A stretch of 64,000 bases of DNA from Tubiluchus corallicola (Eukaryota > Animalia > Priapulida): positions 332,565 to 396,564 of the forward strand of contig JAQGDQ010000203.1 in assembly GCA_030141605.1 (NCBI GenBank), written 5' to 3'. Made by a program: the position numbers and the translations under genes. Of this stretch, positions 41,811 through 55,919 are shown in pieces. Each line of letters begins with the position of its first letter. The stretch's first letter is position 1. Under the pieces are notes generated by a model. That model was not told the DNA's origin. It saw only the letters and a program-made list of their open reading frames with translations, and made no database searches.

Positions 41811-42995
41811 ATGATACCAAGGAAAGTTCATGTCAGAGATATTGATGCAGCATTACACACTGGTTTAAAAAATCAGCAATCAGTTGATAAAGTCAAGAGA
41901 AATGCAAAAAGGTGGTTGCATCCGAAGGTATACACCATCCAGGAAATAGAAAATAAAAGTACAGTGAAACCTGGCGATAACAACTACTATCGTGATTGTT
42001 CAGTAACAAGCAATGAGTTGTATTACAAATTGCACCCACTTTTGAATTCTGCAAGGATTTTCGGTCTCTTTCACCTTCCGAAACATCGGCCCGAAAATGC
42101 TTCTCTGCTTGCCTCTTTTTCTGGAGCCACCTGGTGGTCGCTCGTGACACTGCTGTGTGTTACAGCAATATGTGCAAAGTCATTGAAATCTGACACTGGC
42201 AAAGCTGACCTGACGACAGCCACCGGCATTGCACAGTCGTTTGTCTTGTTCTTGGAGGTAATTCTGGTTTTGGTTAGATGGTTCACATTTGTTGCCGGAT
42301 TCAAAATGGCGAATGTTTTCTCAGAATTTGAGAAACAACTTCCTCGTTATATCAATCACAGTAAAGTTACTAACATCAAATCACTTACACAAACTCTCAG
42401 AGAAAATCGGCTTTCATGGGGATTAACCTTGATGGGCTGGGCGGTGATTATAAGTACTTTTTTGTATGCAACAATAAACAAGGTTTTCGAGAACCTGAAT
42501 TCAACTATAACTCTACGTTTGGTATTTATAAATACGGTTTATGTTATCTATGACAAGTTTCAGTTGGCAACTGTCATTTTTGCTGCATACATCGTCGTCT
42601 CGTTGTGCAAAATATTAAATTCTAAATTTAGTTTTCAACACGATGGCCTACGATTGGATACTGACGAAAAGGTGAATAATTTCTTGGACAAGCAAAGAGG
42701 ATTCATTCTTCTAATTGAAGTTGTGGATGAGACAATATCACCAATGCTTTTGATGATTTGTCTCGGAAGTTTCATGGTGATCGTTGTTCAAATTTATCTT
42801 TACAGCCATAATTATCACTCCGGTATTCCACCAGGTTATTTACAGGAATTTGTCCACGTGTTTTCTACTCTACAAAGTTTCTCATTCCTACTGATTCTTA
42901 TCAGCTGTACAGCTCTGCACGAAAAAGTCATGCAAGTTGAAAGAATTTTACATTCTATAAAACGAAGTCAATTGGGAGAAATGGCCAGATATGAG
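41811..42995 (+). CDS. GR/GRL 7TM chemoreceptor, variable exon V1 (N-terminus to TM6)
   Basis: Multi-TM ORF with L.PLL..A..FGLFH at TM1; paralogous to four neighbours. Ends MARYE followed by donor GAG|gtaaat (phase 0). First ATG 41811; the ORF track starts at GTG 41784. Confidence 0.85.
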
Positions 42996-44128
42996 GTAAA
43001 TACATGAAATAATTCTCAGACCTGGCACTCTTCATATGCTATGTAGATTTTTTTTATTTCAGGAAATATAAAGAATAAAAGCAAGCATGTAGTGATGGAA
43101 AGTTAAACAGCTTCTAAGAAAATAAAACAAATTAGAACTGTTTGGAAATTTGCAGCAAGAGTTAGTTGTACAAGTGTACAAGCCACTAGAGCTCTAACAA
43201 TAAGAAAACAAAGGTAACACCTTGCCAAAACACACTCGATGGCTTGAAACACTTTATACGTGAGTGAAGTGCAACAGATAAAAGAAAAATATATATTTTA
43301 CATTAACTGTTGTTCAAAACAATTCATGTGCAGGTATTATTGCCTAAAAGGATGATGTTCTTCTATTCTTAGCCCTTAGCAGTTCCAGTGTTGGAAATTT
43401 TTTTCAAGTTTCTTTCCAGGTCTTTGCATCCGAAAACTGATTACACGTTCAAACTAATAATTAGTTGTCTTTAATTAAGTTACTGCACACTTGATAATTA
43501 ATAATAAAACCATTGCCTCCATACTCAACCAAGATCAGTCTCTGAATCATGTGAGATGCAATTTAAAAACTTTAAGATAGAGTTAATTGCTTACAACAGA
43601 TGTAGAGACGATTGCTGCTTTAATCTGGTACTTTAAGTTAAAAAAGTAAGCGTCTTATATCCAACGCTTATCACATCTTGTTGATTCCTAATATTCCAAT
43701 GCCACCTTCCTGGTGGGTCAATAACTAGATATAGTTGCTGTGCTGCAAATATTAGCAGTGTGACCTGCTAATTTTATTCTATCTGTGAATTATTCCATCC
43801 ATTACATCACTGAGGCACTTATTGCAGTATGCTATTATTTAACAATAAACGCCAACAATAAATGTGTGCAAGGCTGTTATGCATTTGTCTAGCAAATGGT
43901 AAATAGATTGAAATTAAAAGCATTTGTGTTTACACTACTTTGTTCTGCACAACATTAGCAAGCAACAGAAAAACCACCTTATTTATAGCAAAAACAATTC
44001 AGGACTTTTAGATCACGTTCAGAATTATTGCAATCGAGAAGTACTCCTCGTATGCTAGTTCAAGAAAAGGAAATAAATATTACTCAAAGTTAAACAAGAC
44101 AGGTGTTTTCGATTTTTCTACAAATGAT

Positions 44129-45241
44129 ATGAAGAAATCTAAAGACGTTTCAAAGCAAGTTGTGAGTACCATAAGTTGCATAGCTTGGAAATCATGTGAT
44201 GACGATCCTTCAATGCCCATCAACCGTGAAATGGAAGAAAAGAATTTCACAGAAATTTTGATGATGAATGATATGTATAAAAGCTTAAAACCTTTGCTGC
44301 AATCTGCCAAAGTTTTTGGATTATTTCACGTACCAAATCAATACCAGGAGAGTTTTCGCATGCTGTCATATTTTTCTAGAAGCACCACTTGGTCGTTCAT
44401 TGTTTTTCTTGGTGTAGTGTCAATTTGCATAAAGTCTTTGGTTGCAGATGTACAACATGCTAACCTTACTACAGCCAGTGGTATTGCACAATCATTCGTC
44501 TTACTGTTGGAAGTAATTCTCACACTTGTGAGATTTTTTGCATTCATTGTTGGGTTCAAGATGAGAAAGGTGTTCATCGAGTTTGACAAGATGGCATGCA
44601 AGAGGAAATCATATTTTGCTAAATCTGATTCAACTACAACCAAAATTTCTGTAACTTTTATATCCTATTTCCTGGCAGTAATTGGATGGGTTACAATGAT
44701 TGTGACATTTGTTTATGCAGCAATTCATAAAGTAAAAGTTCATATCGGCAACGACAATAATACTATGGGCAACATAATTATATCAGCAGCATATCTCATT
44801 TACGACAAATTTCAACTCGCAGTGGTAATATTTCCTGCCTATATCACTACTTGTCTGTGTATCACCTTGATACAAAAATTTAAAAATGCAAAACTTGGTG
44901 AAACCACAGACCAGAATCTTCACGTCTTCTTAGAAAAGCAAACCAAATTCATTCATTTAATCAAAGTTATTGATGAGACAATGTCACCAATGCTTTTGAT
45001 GATTTGTTTCGGAAGCTTCATAGTGGTCGTTGTTCAAATTTATCTTTACAGCCATAATTATCACTGTGACATTCCACCAGGTTATCTACAGGAATTTGTC
45101 CACGTGTTTTCTACTCTGCAAAGTTTTTCATTCCTACTGATTCTTATCAGCTGCACAGCACTTCACGAAAAAGTCATGCAAGCTGAAAAAATTTTACATT
45201 CTATAAAGCGAAGTCAATTGGGAGAAATGGCCAGATATGAG
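44129..45241 (+). CDS. GR/GRL 7TM chemoreceptor, variable exon V2
   Basis: 371 codons from the ATG to MARYE, donor GAG|gtaatt (phase 0). Motifs LKPLLQSAKVFGLFH, GIAQSFV, YDKFQL and QIYLYSHNYH. Confidence 0.85.
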
Positions 45242-46893
45242 GTAATTACATTAAATAGTATCTTATGCTTATAAGGGACAGTTGTAGATGACGGAATGCT
45301 CAAAAAATCAAATCTCAAGTTCTGTTTTTGCTTGCTAATGGCATTCTAACAAAATATTATAAAGCACCTTTGCAAATACAGTTGCAATTATAAGACCATA
45401 ATAAAATAATTAACTGATCAAATGAATTAATAATTTACGTGTGAATGTTAAAATGTTACAAACTACAACAAAATTGCAAATGCAATGTTGCAAAGGCTAT
45501 AAAGGCTACAAAGGTAGTTTTACAGTCTATTGTTCTGCTGGATTCTGCATATAAACAGATTGAATCACTTGAGCATGTATGTATAGGCTAACAAATTTAA
45601 ATGTAAGCTTCATCCAAGGCTTGAAGGCCTGAAAGGTGGCTGCACATGACAGTATATCAGTTTATCCCCAACAATTATAGTTCTTTGTATTTTAGCCAGT
45701 GCAGTTCATTACACAAGTTGGGGTAATCCAGGTATGAAACTGTCTACACCATTGAGACTTTGCCAGTGGTGTAAATCGTGCCATCAGCTGCAAGTGAAAA
45801 CAGAGGCAATAAGCACATTTACCCGTGACATCACGTAGTGTCACCTTTAAACGCACAAGATTCTTGTACAGATTTTGTAACTTAAAATTAACATTTATTA
45901 TCACGTAAAGTAAAATTTTGCATTTTAGCACACTATATTTCTTTTATAAATTACTCCTAGAGTCACGTCTGAGGACTTCACGTATTTGAAATTGAAAAAT
46001 TACAAAATCGTGTTTATCTTATTTGCAGTTAACTGTGCAAGGTCTGTGAAGACCTTTTTATTGCTAATTTGAAAGAATATGCTTTCGCTCATTGAATCAT
46101 AAATGTTGACAATGCGTTTGTTTGCCGCTCCTCATATTTTTGCTATGGACGTCTCCGAATGCCTAATGTTTGCTTATAAACTCTGCTTTTAACAGAGGCT
46201 TGTTATCTCACTAGTTTTTACCAAAAATTGTTTCCTGTCAACTACAGTTTTACTTGCTTCAAGAAGGTCGACCTATCACTACCAAGTTATTAATAAAAAA
46301 AATTTCTCGCCCTGTTTTTAAACCTGTTTTTTACTGTGGGAATGCCTCAGCATATTACCATAATTCAACGCTGTCAGTTCTTTAGAACTTCTGTCTTTCA
46401 GATTTTATGACATTTCTGACTTAAAAAATGACGAAGAACATGGACATTCAATCGCACACACACATTGTGCATTGCGCCAAAAAAAATTAAAGGGGCAAAT
46501 GCTTTTTTTAATGATTTATTGGCTCTTTGTGTTGCCAACTGATCTATGTTCATCCAGCAGAGGATTAGTGTTGCCTAGTTCAGCTTTAACTCATCCACCA
46601 TAGAAGCCGAGAATAATCGATTAATACGTTCACAAGACTTTGAGTTTTTTCTTAGTTATAGTTTTAGCTGGTAATGAAATACTATTTTTTGAGACATGTC
46701 GAGGACAATCGTGTGAAAGTAACTTCTACAAAGCTCACAACTATTTAAGTATAGTCTTTTTTAATCTGAGTTCAGGGACTATTAGCGATCACCCTGACGA
46801 TTATAAAATTAGTCATGGTAATATGAACACATAATTAATTAGTTAATTAAATTTCGATACCAAACTTGCAAGACAGGCGTGTAAAATATTAGA

Positions 46894-46966
46894 AATACTG
46901 TCTGTATTTGAACCACTGCCCTTCTGCTTACAAGGCAGATGCTTCAGATCAATAAGCTACTTTATT
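46894..46966 (-). pseudogene. Degenerate tRNA-Thr(UGU)-like sequence (tRNA pseudogene or SINE head)
   Basis: Minus strand: aataaag-TAGCTTATTGA...TCTGC-CTTGTAA-GCAGA (perfect anticodon stem, anticodon TGT)...GGTTCAAAT...cagtatt. The acceptor stem pairs 5/7 and the T stem is broken. Confidence 0.7.
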
Positions 46967-47540
46967 ACTCAGCGAAAAGTTTTAACATTTCCTGTCTATA
47001 AACTTTGGTATCAAAATTTAGTTATATGTGTTTTTGTAATATCTTTCATAACAATCTTGACATTACGATTATAATAATTAAAAGTGGTCTTGTTTACTCA
47101 AAACAAAGGCACAGTTAATAAACTTGGTACAACCAAAACAGGTTTAACTGCGAAGGTATAATAGTAGAAAGTACAATTTTAGTGTTTTTCATTCATGCAA
47201 TAATAATTTCTAAAATGAATGCCTTTTTATAATGAATGCTCATTATATAAGTCAGTTTCTTTTTTGACTTCGATCATGGTGTATAGCGTAGGAATTCTAA
47301 AGGAGAGAAGAAATCGCTGCAATTATGGGCAAACTGACTATTTACCCAATTATAAATGTATCAAAAGAAAATGTTCTCCAATGTTTCTTTGTTTGGCATG
47401 CAGCACTCAACCACATTTCCTTTGGCTATTGTGATCTGTTAATGCATCAGCTTGAGGCTTCTACGAAGGAACCTAGGTCACCAGAGTGCTTCAAACACTT
47501 ATACTTGAACGAAGTGATGTTTTTGTTAAATTGTTTCATA

Positions 47541-48677
47541 ATGGGCACCAGAATACCTTCTGCTCCAACAAATACTTTTAAGAACTCAGTAATAAAAAGT
47601 CCAACGAAATGGACACCAATTCAGACAATGGTTGGTGATGGAAAGCTTGCAAATAACGTGATTTCAGAGTCTGGCGACTTCATATTGTTGGACACAGTGA
47701 GTTTTTATAAAAGCTTGCATCCACTTCTAACGTTAGCTAAAGTATTTGGCCTATTTCACATTCCAAGTAGAAAAAACACGCAAAGGAGATTCCAAGCTCT
47801 TCTATGTGGCAGTACGACGTGGTCATTAGCAATGGCTGTTGGAGTCACAATAGTGTGTACCTACGACTTAATTACGGACTTGAGAGCTGCAGACTTGATT
47901 ACTCCAGCTGGTATAGCACAATCATTTGTACTTTTTCTCGAGGTTGTGAATACTATCATTAGATGGTTTGCTTTTGTTTCAGCTTTTAAAGTGACCAAGT
48001 TGTTTTCCAAGTTTGAGTGTACTACAGAAAACAGTGCCGAACGGACAAAACTACTTAGGCTCAAATTGTTTAAACGAGAGCTAAAAGACAGCACTGTCAG
48101 CTGGACATTAGCCTTTGTAGGATGGATTGCGATGAGCTGCACATTTTTAAACGCTTTAGTAGAGAAAGTGAAATATATCTACGAAGATACATCCATTAGG
48201 AGTTGCGTTTTAAATATCGTATTTTTATTCTACGATAAATTACAACTTTCCACGATCATGTTTCCAGCCTTTATTATAGTTGGTGTTTGTTGCACTCTGC
48301 TCTCCTACTTTGAAACTCAAAAGGAACCCCCGAAAGTCAATACCGATAAAAATGTGTTAAGTTATCTGAAGGGACAGTCAGCAATTATAGAAGTTATTGA
48401 AGTCATCGATGCAGCTATATCACCCTCGCTTTTCATGATTTGTTTCGTGAGTTTCATGGTAACTGGATTGCAAGTATATCTCTACAGTCACAACTATCAC
48501 TTTGGTGTACCAAAAGGTTTTATGCAAGAGTTTATATTCGTCTATTCTACTCTGCAAACTGTCTCGTTCTTATTAATTCTGATCGGCTGCACAGCTGTGC
48601 ATGAAAAGATTTTGCAAGCGGAAAGAGCGTTACGCAAAGTTGAACTTTATCAACTGGGTGACGTGGCACGCTATGAG
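47541..48677 (+). CDS. GR/GRL 7TM chemoreceptor, variable exon V3
   Basis: Ends VARYE, donor GAG|gtataa (phase 0). The start is set at ATG 47541 by length comparison with paralogues; the ORF is open back to 47325. Confidence 0.85.
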
Positions 48678-48745
48678 GTATAATATTGGGCCTATACCAA
48701 ATTAATTCTTTTTTTAAGGCATGTCGCCTCTGAAGTGAGGAAAAT

Positions 48746-49056
<311 letters not shown>

Positions 49057-50165
49057 AATTCTTTATTGCTATAAAATTTAGTAGTTTACTACCCATTCAA
49101 AAATTGACAGCATAACCAGTGTTTCCACTGCTGTGAGTATTAGTGTCAGGATAAAATAAAATTATGAGTAAAAACATGAGTGAAGCTATGATCATTACAT
49201 CGATTGCACAAAAGTCTACATTCATTTGACACGGTTCAGCGAGTACTTAACACAATTTACAATATTTGCAAGTAATAGTTTTGTCTAAGATATTAAAATT
49301 GTGTAAATATGAAATTGCATGAGTGGTTTTGATTTTTTTTGAGTTGGTGACACTACAAGTTGAATGTTGATAATAATAAAAAGGTGTGATTTGATATTTT
49401 GTATTAGGTCTTTTTGATGGCTAGCATGTTTTTAGTTCATTTTTGAATCCTTTTAGCGTCACTGCAGATTTTACATTAAATAGCTGAATACTCTTGCTTT
49501 TGTGTTAGTAACGGAAACAACACAGTAAAATTAAATAAAGCAAAAATAAAACAAAGCAAGAATAAAGCTCAGCGAAACAAAGCATAGACATAAAATATTA
49601 CAGCTTCTGAAACACACTGAGACTTGTAAAATCTGCATGTTACGATCAAAATAGAGTTTTGAAAATAATTTGTGTTGCCACTACTCAATGTTTAACGCCT
49701 TCATGCCGATTTTTATTTAGAATAATAGGTAAACAAGCAGAATGAAGCGAAGTATAAAATACACGACAATGTTTAGAGCGGCAAAATAATGTAAAATGGT
49801 CAGAAAAAAGAAAAAAATGCGACATGAAACAATAGTTATAACGAGGCAGCAGTACAATAATCATTATCGTTTATTAATATTATGACGACCAAATACTTAG
49901 CGCCAGTTTATCGATGAACATCACGTTTGTCAAACTGCTTGCCTTTGAATATTAATAAAATTAGGATGCAAATGCAGCTAAGAATTCAAGTTTATTGCAG
50001 CAAAATGTTTATGTTCACGGGTAAAGTCATTGGGTGAACGTAATTATCCGATGAGATTGAAAATGACGATGATGGTGGTGATAATGATTGTGATTGTTAC
50101 TCTGGTAATGACGAAAATGATAGTGATGGTGATAAATGAGAGCCATAATTGAATTGCTTTTGCAG

Positions 50166-50255
50166 GTACTTATTCATCTCCAACAACTATCATCAAGATC
50201 TATTGGCCTCACAATCTGGAAATTCTACGTCATCAATCGAAACTTTGCTTTTATC
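50166..50255 (+). CDS. GR/GRL shared (constant) exon C1, 90 nt: VLIHLQQLSSRSIGLTIWKFYVINRNFAFI
   Basis: Acceptor ttgcttttgcag|GTA and donor ATC|gtgagt, phase 0 on both sides. The peptide matches the GR pattern of the IL3/TM7a region (F..QL......T..G.F.I.R). Confidence 0.85.
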
Positions 50256-50377
50256 GTGAGTTCAGTTTGTTGCTATTTTGGAAATATAGCTTCGCCCAGT
50301 TTAATTTTTAAAGTGGAGATTAGATTTTTGATCTTTTCACTGATGAACTCAATAAACAGTTTTGTAACGTGAGGCGA

Positions 50378-50456
50378 GTTGAGTAGCGGAGTGGTCATGG
50401 CATGCGTTTGTCAGTGAATGGCTCGTAAGTGCCCGGGTTTGATGCTCCCTGAGGGA
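50378..50456 (+). mobile_element. tRNA-derived SINE head in the intron between the constant exons
   Basis: A-box-like TAGCGGAGTGG and B-box-like GGGTTTGATGC with long (Leu/Ser-type) spacing. Confidence 0.5.
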
Positions 50457-50883
50457 AATTTCATTCGCCATGCTAATTTCTTGTTGCGCATATTATACCC
50501 ATCTTCCGTACATATACATATATATGAATGTGATTAAAACAGCTCTACCAGCTCAGTGGTTCATCTTAATGGCTATTCATGATAACGAGTTTGGCATTGA
50601 TCTCCCCAAAAAACAGTGGACCTATTATTAAGAGCTGGATTTTGGGTTGCAATACATTTGCAATGTATTTTATAAAGATTAAAAATAAAAACGTGCTTTA
50701 CCTAAAGCACCTTCATCACAAAACAAATTCATATTTTGCTTTGAGTTCTTGTTGTCAAATAAACTCTTGAATAAAAGTTACCAAGCTAGTTTGTTACTAT
50801 TGCATGATAAATTTATAACTGTTATAACGTTTATAACTGTTGTTGAGTTGCTTAGTTTAACAATAAATGTTGTTGTTTTGCAG

Positions 50884-51045
50884 ATTGTCAGTGGTATCTG
50901 CACGTTTTTCATCGTGATAGTACAATTTCATCAGACAATTATTGGAAAGCAACAGACAAACGTGACACTCCTTATGGACGCCTTTGCCAATGAAGCTTGT
51001 CATATCTGCAGACGATTTCTCAACAACCTTAGTGATCCTGATTAG
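50884..51045 (+). CDS. GR/GRL shared terminal exon C2 (TM7b and C-terminal tail): IVSGICTFFIVIVQFHQ...LSDPD*
   Basis: Acceptor tgttgttgttttgcag|ATT, phase 0. TFFIVIVQF fits the GR superfamily TM7 signature TYhhhhhQF. Stop TAG at 51043-51045. Confidence 0.87.
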   Translation: MVSGICTFFIVIVQFHQTIIGKQQTNVTLLMDAFANEACHICRRFLNNLSDPD

Positions 51046-52800
51046 AAGCTTCGAGCTTGTCAACTTGCTGCTATAGCTTGACAAAACGCATCTAACTATG
51101 GTGCAAATTCTGCAAATTAAACAATATATGTCACTTTAATATTAACCGAGCAACAAAACGAAGAAAAATGAGATTTTTCTAAGCCCAGGGACAGATTGTA
51201 TATTTTTATCCACTCATATAAGAATGTGTAGGTTTTTTACCTACTCATTTTGCTAATTTGAAATTTGAACCTAATATTCAGACGCATAAGCTTTAGCCAA
51301 ACAAAGACAGCAGAGTTTTATGTTGTGTGTTGTTTTTTATATAAAAATTTATTTCTTTTTTTGAATAATTCAGAAGGACCGAATTTTAGGGTTAAATTAA
51401 AATATCAGTAGGTGGACTACTCTTACCCTGACTGGTATCAAATTGGTATATGGCTAGTGTTTTAAGTAAACTGCATTCTTATTTTTTTTTTATAAAATTC
51501 CATGCATTGCAAGCCAAAATCCAACTTTTAAAAGCAGGTTCATTGTTTTTATGGCGAGAATCACAGCTCAATTCATTACCTGTACTTTTGATAACATTTA
51601 AATTACACTTAATCAAACTACGGTTCTCTTGTTTAAGAATAATCTGAGGATGCGTTCGAAAGCTTTTACATGGAAATTGAGAAACAAGAAGCGAGTTGCT
51701 GTTTTAACTTGCCTATATTCTTGCCTCTACTGAATTGTTATTACCACTTTAGAACTTTAAAAATTTATAGTTTTCAGAATGTTTAGTGTATGTAAAATGA
51801 ATGTATGTATGTATGAATTATTTACGTAAGCCTTCCTTTTACTTATTTGAACTGAATCGAAACTAAAATTTGTAGTGATTTAAAACTTCTTGATTTGATA
51901 GCAAATATCGTATTATGACTATTAGCAGAACGCAGTAGAAATAGCTCGTTTCTATCAGCTCCGGTATCTAAAGTCAAATTAACAATGTTCATATTGTTAG
52001 TGCTACTAATCTTTATTAACACTTATGTTTATTATAATTACATATTTCTTTAGAGAACACGTCTTTGTGCGTTGTGATGTGCACATAACAAATAAAAGTC
52101 CGTTTCTGTATTTGTGGCAGTAGCTGCATTATTGTATTTTGAGTGTGCAGTGGCGATAATGGCATCTCTGTCGAGCAATGCCGAAACGTGCCGATTTATG
52201 ACTAATCAAGTGAATAAGTCTTTAAAATTACGTCTTCATTGGCTTTTAAGCTAACATTAAGCTTTCCAAATCTAAATCACCCATTATTAGAGTCCCTGTA
52301 TATTTAAATATATAGTTGTAAATATATAGTAATTCTATCCATTATTACAGTATGCTGCTATCTTCTGGTGGGAAAAACGCAAAAACAAGACAGGCTAGGG
52401 GATGAAAATAACAGATGACAGAATGAGAATGGCCATTTCGTTTTTGTTGTAAACCGTGACATTTACAAGATTGACATGCTCAAACAAATATGATCACGCA
52501 TAGGCAAATCACATTTATTACATTAAAACGTGCCTGTAATTGTTTGCGATGAATAAACGGTAGCTCGCGTGGATGTCATTGACAATTTAGCTTAATGTTG
52601 GTGTTGGAAATACTTGATTGCTCCTTCTTTCTGGCTAAAGCTGTGAGTTAAACTAAACGTTGTGTCTTCTAATTAATACCGCAGGAACTCATACGACTTA
52701 GACAACTTCATTTGTAGCTACCGAAAAAGTTATCTAGACGTGTTTAGTCATCTTGCTTCGCTAGAAGTGACCTGTTGGTGACACAGTTTTTAAATCCAAA

Positions 52801-53901
52801 ATGAAAGCACATCATAACACATGGACCATCGGACTGACTGGTTCACTTAAAGTCACGAAGGAGCACGTTAAAACACTATCTCCTAGAAAACTCAATACAG
52901 GTTCCCATAATGATTCCAACTGCCAATTTTACCAGAAATTACGTCCACTATTGATTTTTGCCACAATTTTTGGCTTGTTTCACATGCCTAACAGAAAGAC
53001 GCAGAAACGGTTTGGGTTGGTGGTATTGTCCTACAGTACCATGTGGTCTTTGACTATTCAGATTTTCGTCACAGTTCCAACTATATGGTCCCTTATGCGT
53101 GATACCAGTAAAATTGATCTCACAGCAGCAGAAGGAATTGCCCGGTTATTTGTCATGTTTATGGAAGTAACACTCACATGTATAAGATGGTTGGTATTCT
53201 TTGCTGGATTTAAACTGGTAGATGTCTTAGCAGAATGCAGAGAAGTCAGCAAAATTCAATATCCAAATATGCTGGTTACAGTCATCTCTGGGAAACAGAA
53301 GTACTTGGAGAAAGGAATATCATGGATATTTGCCACGTTAGGAGGGATCATAATTGTCTTTTCGATTATTACAGAATCTCACACTTTGTGGAAGCGGTTT
53401 AAAAGCGGAGAAGAAGAAATTTCATTTCTGCCGATTCTGATTATGTATTTGGTTTCTGACAAGCTGCTGTTGGCAACTGTGATGTTTCCTGCTTATATTA
53501 TAACTTGCTTTTCCTACGTGCTAATATCCCATCAAAGATCATTTCAGAAAACAGAAGAAAATCTTTCAGCTGAAGAAGTCATGTTGTTTTTGAAAAGACA
53601 TTCAAAGTACATTCGCGTTGTCAAGGTCATAGACAACGCTATATCTTCTACACTGCTGATGATCTGTCTGGCAAGTTTTATGGTAGTTGTAGTACAAATT
53701 TATCTTTTCAGTCACAATTTCTATGCTAACATTTCCCACGGATATCTGCAACAATATTTGTATGTCTACTCTACCATGCAGTCTGTGTCATTTCTGCTGA
53801 TTCTTGTTAGCTGTACAGCAGTACATGAAAGCGTTATGGAGGCTGAAAATAAGTTACATGCGTTGAACAAAGAGAGCCTGGGGGAGACAGCACGTTATGA
53901 G
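52801..53901 (+). CDS. GR/GRL 7TM chemoreceptor, variable exon V4 (second array)
   Basis: 367 codons from the ATG to TARYE, donor GAG|gtaaat (phase 0). Motifs LRPLLIFATIFGLFH and QIYLFSHNF. No terminal exons found downstream in the window. Confidence 0.85.
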
Positions 53902-55919
53902 GTAAATTTATTGTATTGCATTTGTCTATCAGCAATATTTCACTAATTTCTGTTTTAAATCACTCATGTTTTGTGTGTAGGTTTGTATGTATTTATATAT
54001 TCTCTCCATTATCTATCGTAGTTTTTCGTACTTAGTATTTCTTTGTGTTGTCTTACAAAGAGATGATCTTGCTTACATGATTGCCTCCTGTTCTGAAAGT
54101 AGGGTGGGAGTTTAGCAGCCAAAACCTGAAATTGCTCAAAATATGGATTCCTCCATGGTGACCTTATTTTTGTGTTGGTTTTAGTATTGTTTTTTGTTGA
54201 ATTCTTTTATTCAGATAATAATGCAACACAGCTATCTTGTTGACTTTCATCATTTACACGAAATTTGATGATTATAATCAATTCCAAGCGATAAAGCGGC
54301 TAATGTGGAATTGTACTGTCTAGACATCCTATACCGCAGATCTTCTATTAATTAAATCAAAGCTGATTAAGATTAAATTATTTTTCATTATTGGTCTGCA
54401 GGGTGTAATTAGATTTCACGAAATCTGATCTTGATAAAATCTTTCCGAAATTTTAGTAACTCAGTAAACCGACTCACGTTCTAACTCCTTATTTTAACAG
54501 CTGCAAGAAAACAACAGAAAATAAACACTAGAGGCATTTACCTTTACCAACCCAACTATGAGAAAAATCGCGAATTTCGGATAGTATCTGCTACATAGGC
54601 CCCTGGGTCTATTTGCTCTTAAACCCAAAACATTGAGATCGAATGTTGTACAAGCCAACCGAGGCTATACAACCATAAGTCGTGCTTTAATATGGTGTGC
54701 GGTAAAACCGCACAAGTAAAAATGACACAAGAAAAAAACATGGTAAAAGTGGCACAGGAAAAATGGCACAAATGGAAATCGCACAATTGAAAATGGCATA
54801 TATGTTATTTTGATGCAATTAATTTCTATAAAAAAAACTAGAATGCGCCCAGTAGGAAGCAAATCTCTGCCAAAGGCGAACAATCCTAAACTTATTCGTC
54901 TGATTCCTTTGATTAAAAAAATTTACCCCAAAGATAAACCAAGCAAACATACAAAAATACACCTGTATTGGTATTATATAGACTAGACTCACAAAATATT
55001 TGTTCATTAAACAGATTTATAATCAATAATGCACGAATGTCCCACATACAATTTGAACTAGCCTTCTACACGTATTTTTTCTTCCTTATTGTTTCTTTTT
55101 ATGCATTTTGAATCATGTATTGGTAGTATTGCTGCTGGCACTGCTACCTCTTGTGCTCCAAAAATGTTATAGTCCCAAGTTATTTTTAGTATGCTTTATG
55201 ACTGCCATATAATAATCGTTTTGTTACTTTGTTGTAACACGACAATTAGACTAATACTTTGAGTGACAGATATGAAATTAAATGTGTTGTAGCACAAAGG
55301 GTCAGCAAACAAGAACGTTATCAGCAAATTGGCAAATAACCCGATAGCATGCAGGACAACTTATTGTAACTACAAAGGACAATTATGCTGTGGTGTCTGT
55401 TTGTAGCAGTTGTTTTGAATTGCGATTGTGTTTTGCAACAATATACGATGATGTAAAATAGCCTGTCTCATCAAAAACGCGATAAAGCATTTCTAAAACT
55501 CAATGTAATGAAACAAGAAGTCAAGTTATAATTATTTTGTGCGGACTTCAAGGTTTCCATTGTGATTTGGCCAGTTTAAAAGAAACACCTACCTAATCAG
55601 TCAGAGACGATCATTGGCAAAATTTAGCAATTATTAAAAAGCTTGCTTGCCACTGTCCAGCTTAAGTAAGTTTATGTGTTGACTGTCCTACATTATGTGG
55701 TTCTGTGACACTTGACATTTCTGTTGTTCCATTTAACAAATTGAGCCATAAAAACTGCAGTCTTTTAATCCCGGTCATATTACCAACACCAATTGTATAA
55801 GTACCAAATTTATTGGCAAATAAGCCAATTAAGGAAGCACATAGATTTCTAATATGAACGTGTCTTACTAGTAGCCAAATATAGATCAAGCTCCATTTTG
55901 TCGTCTGAAGATAAGTAAA

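Noticed and set aside
43325-43440. Acceptor-like sites (gtgcag|GTATTA, ttccag|GTCTTT) as private terminal exons for V1
   Set aside because: In phase 0 they give VLLPKRMMFFYS* and VFASEN*, with no similarity to C1 or the TM7 signature.
46894-46966. Functional tRNA-Thr gene
   Set aside because: The T stem does not pair, the acceptor stem has two mismatches and the D-loop GG is lost; kept only as a pseudogene or SINE head.
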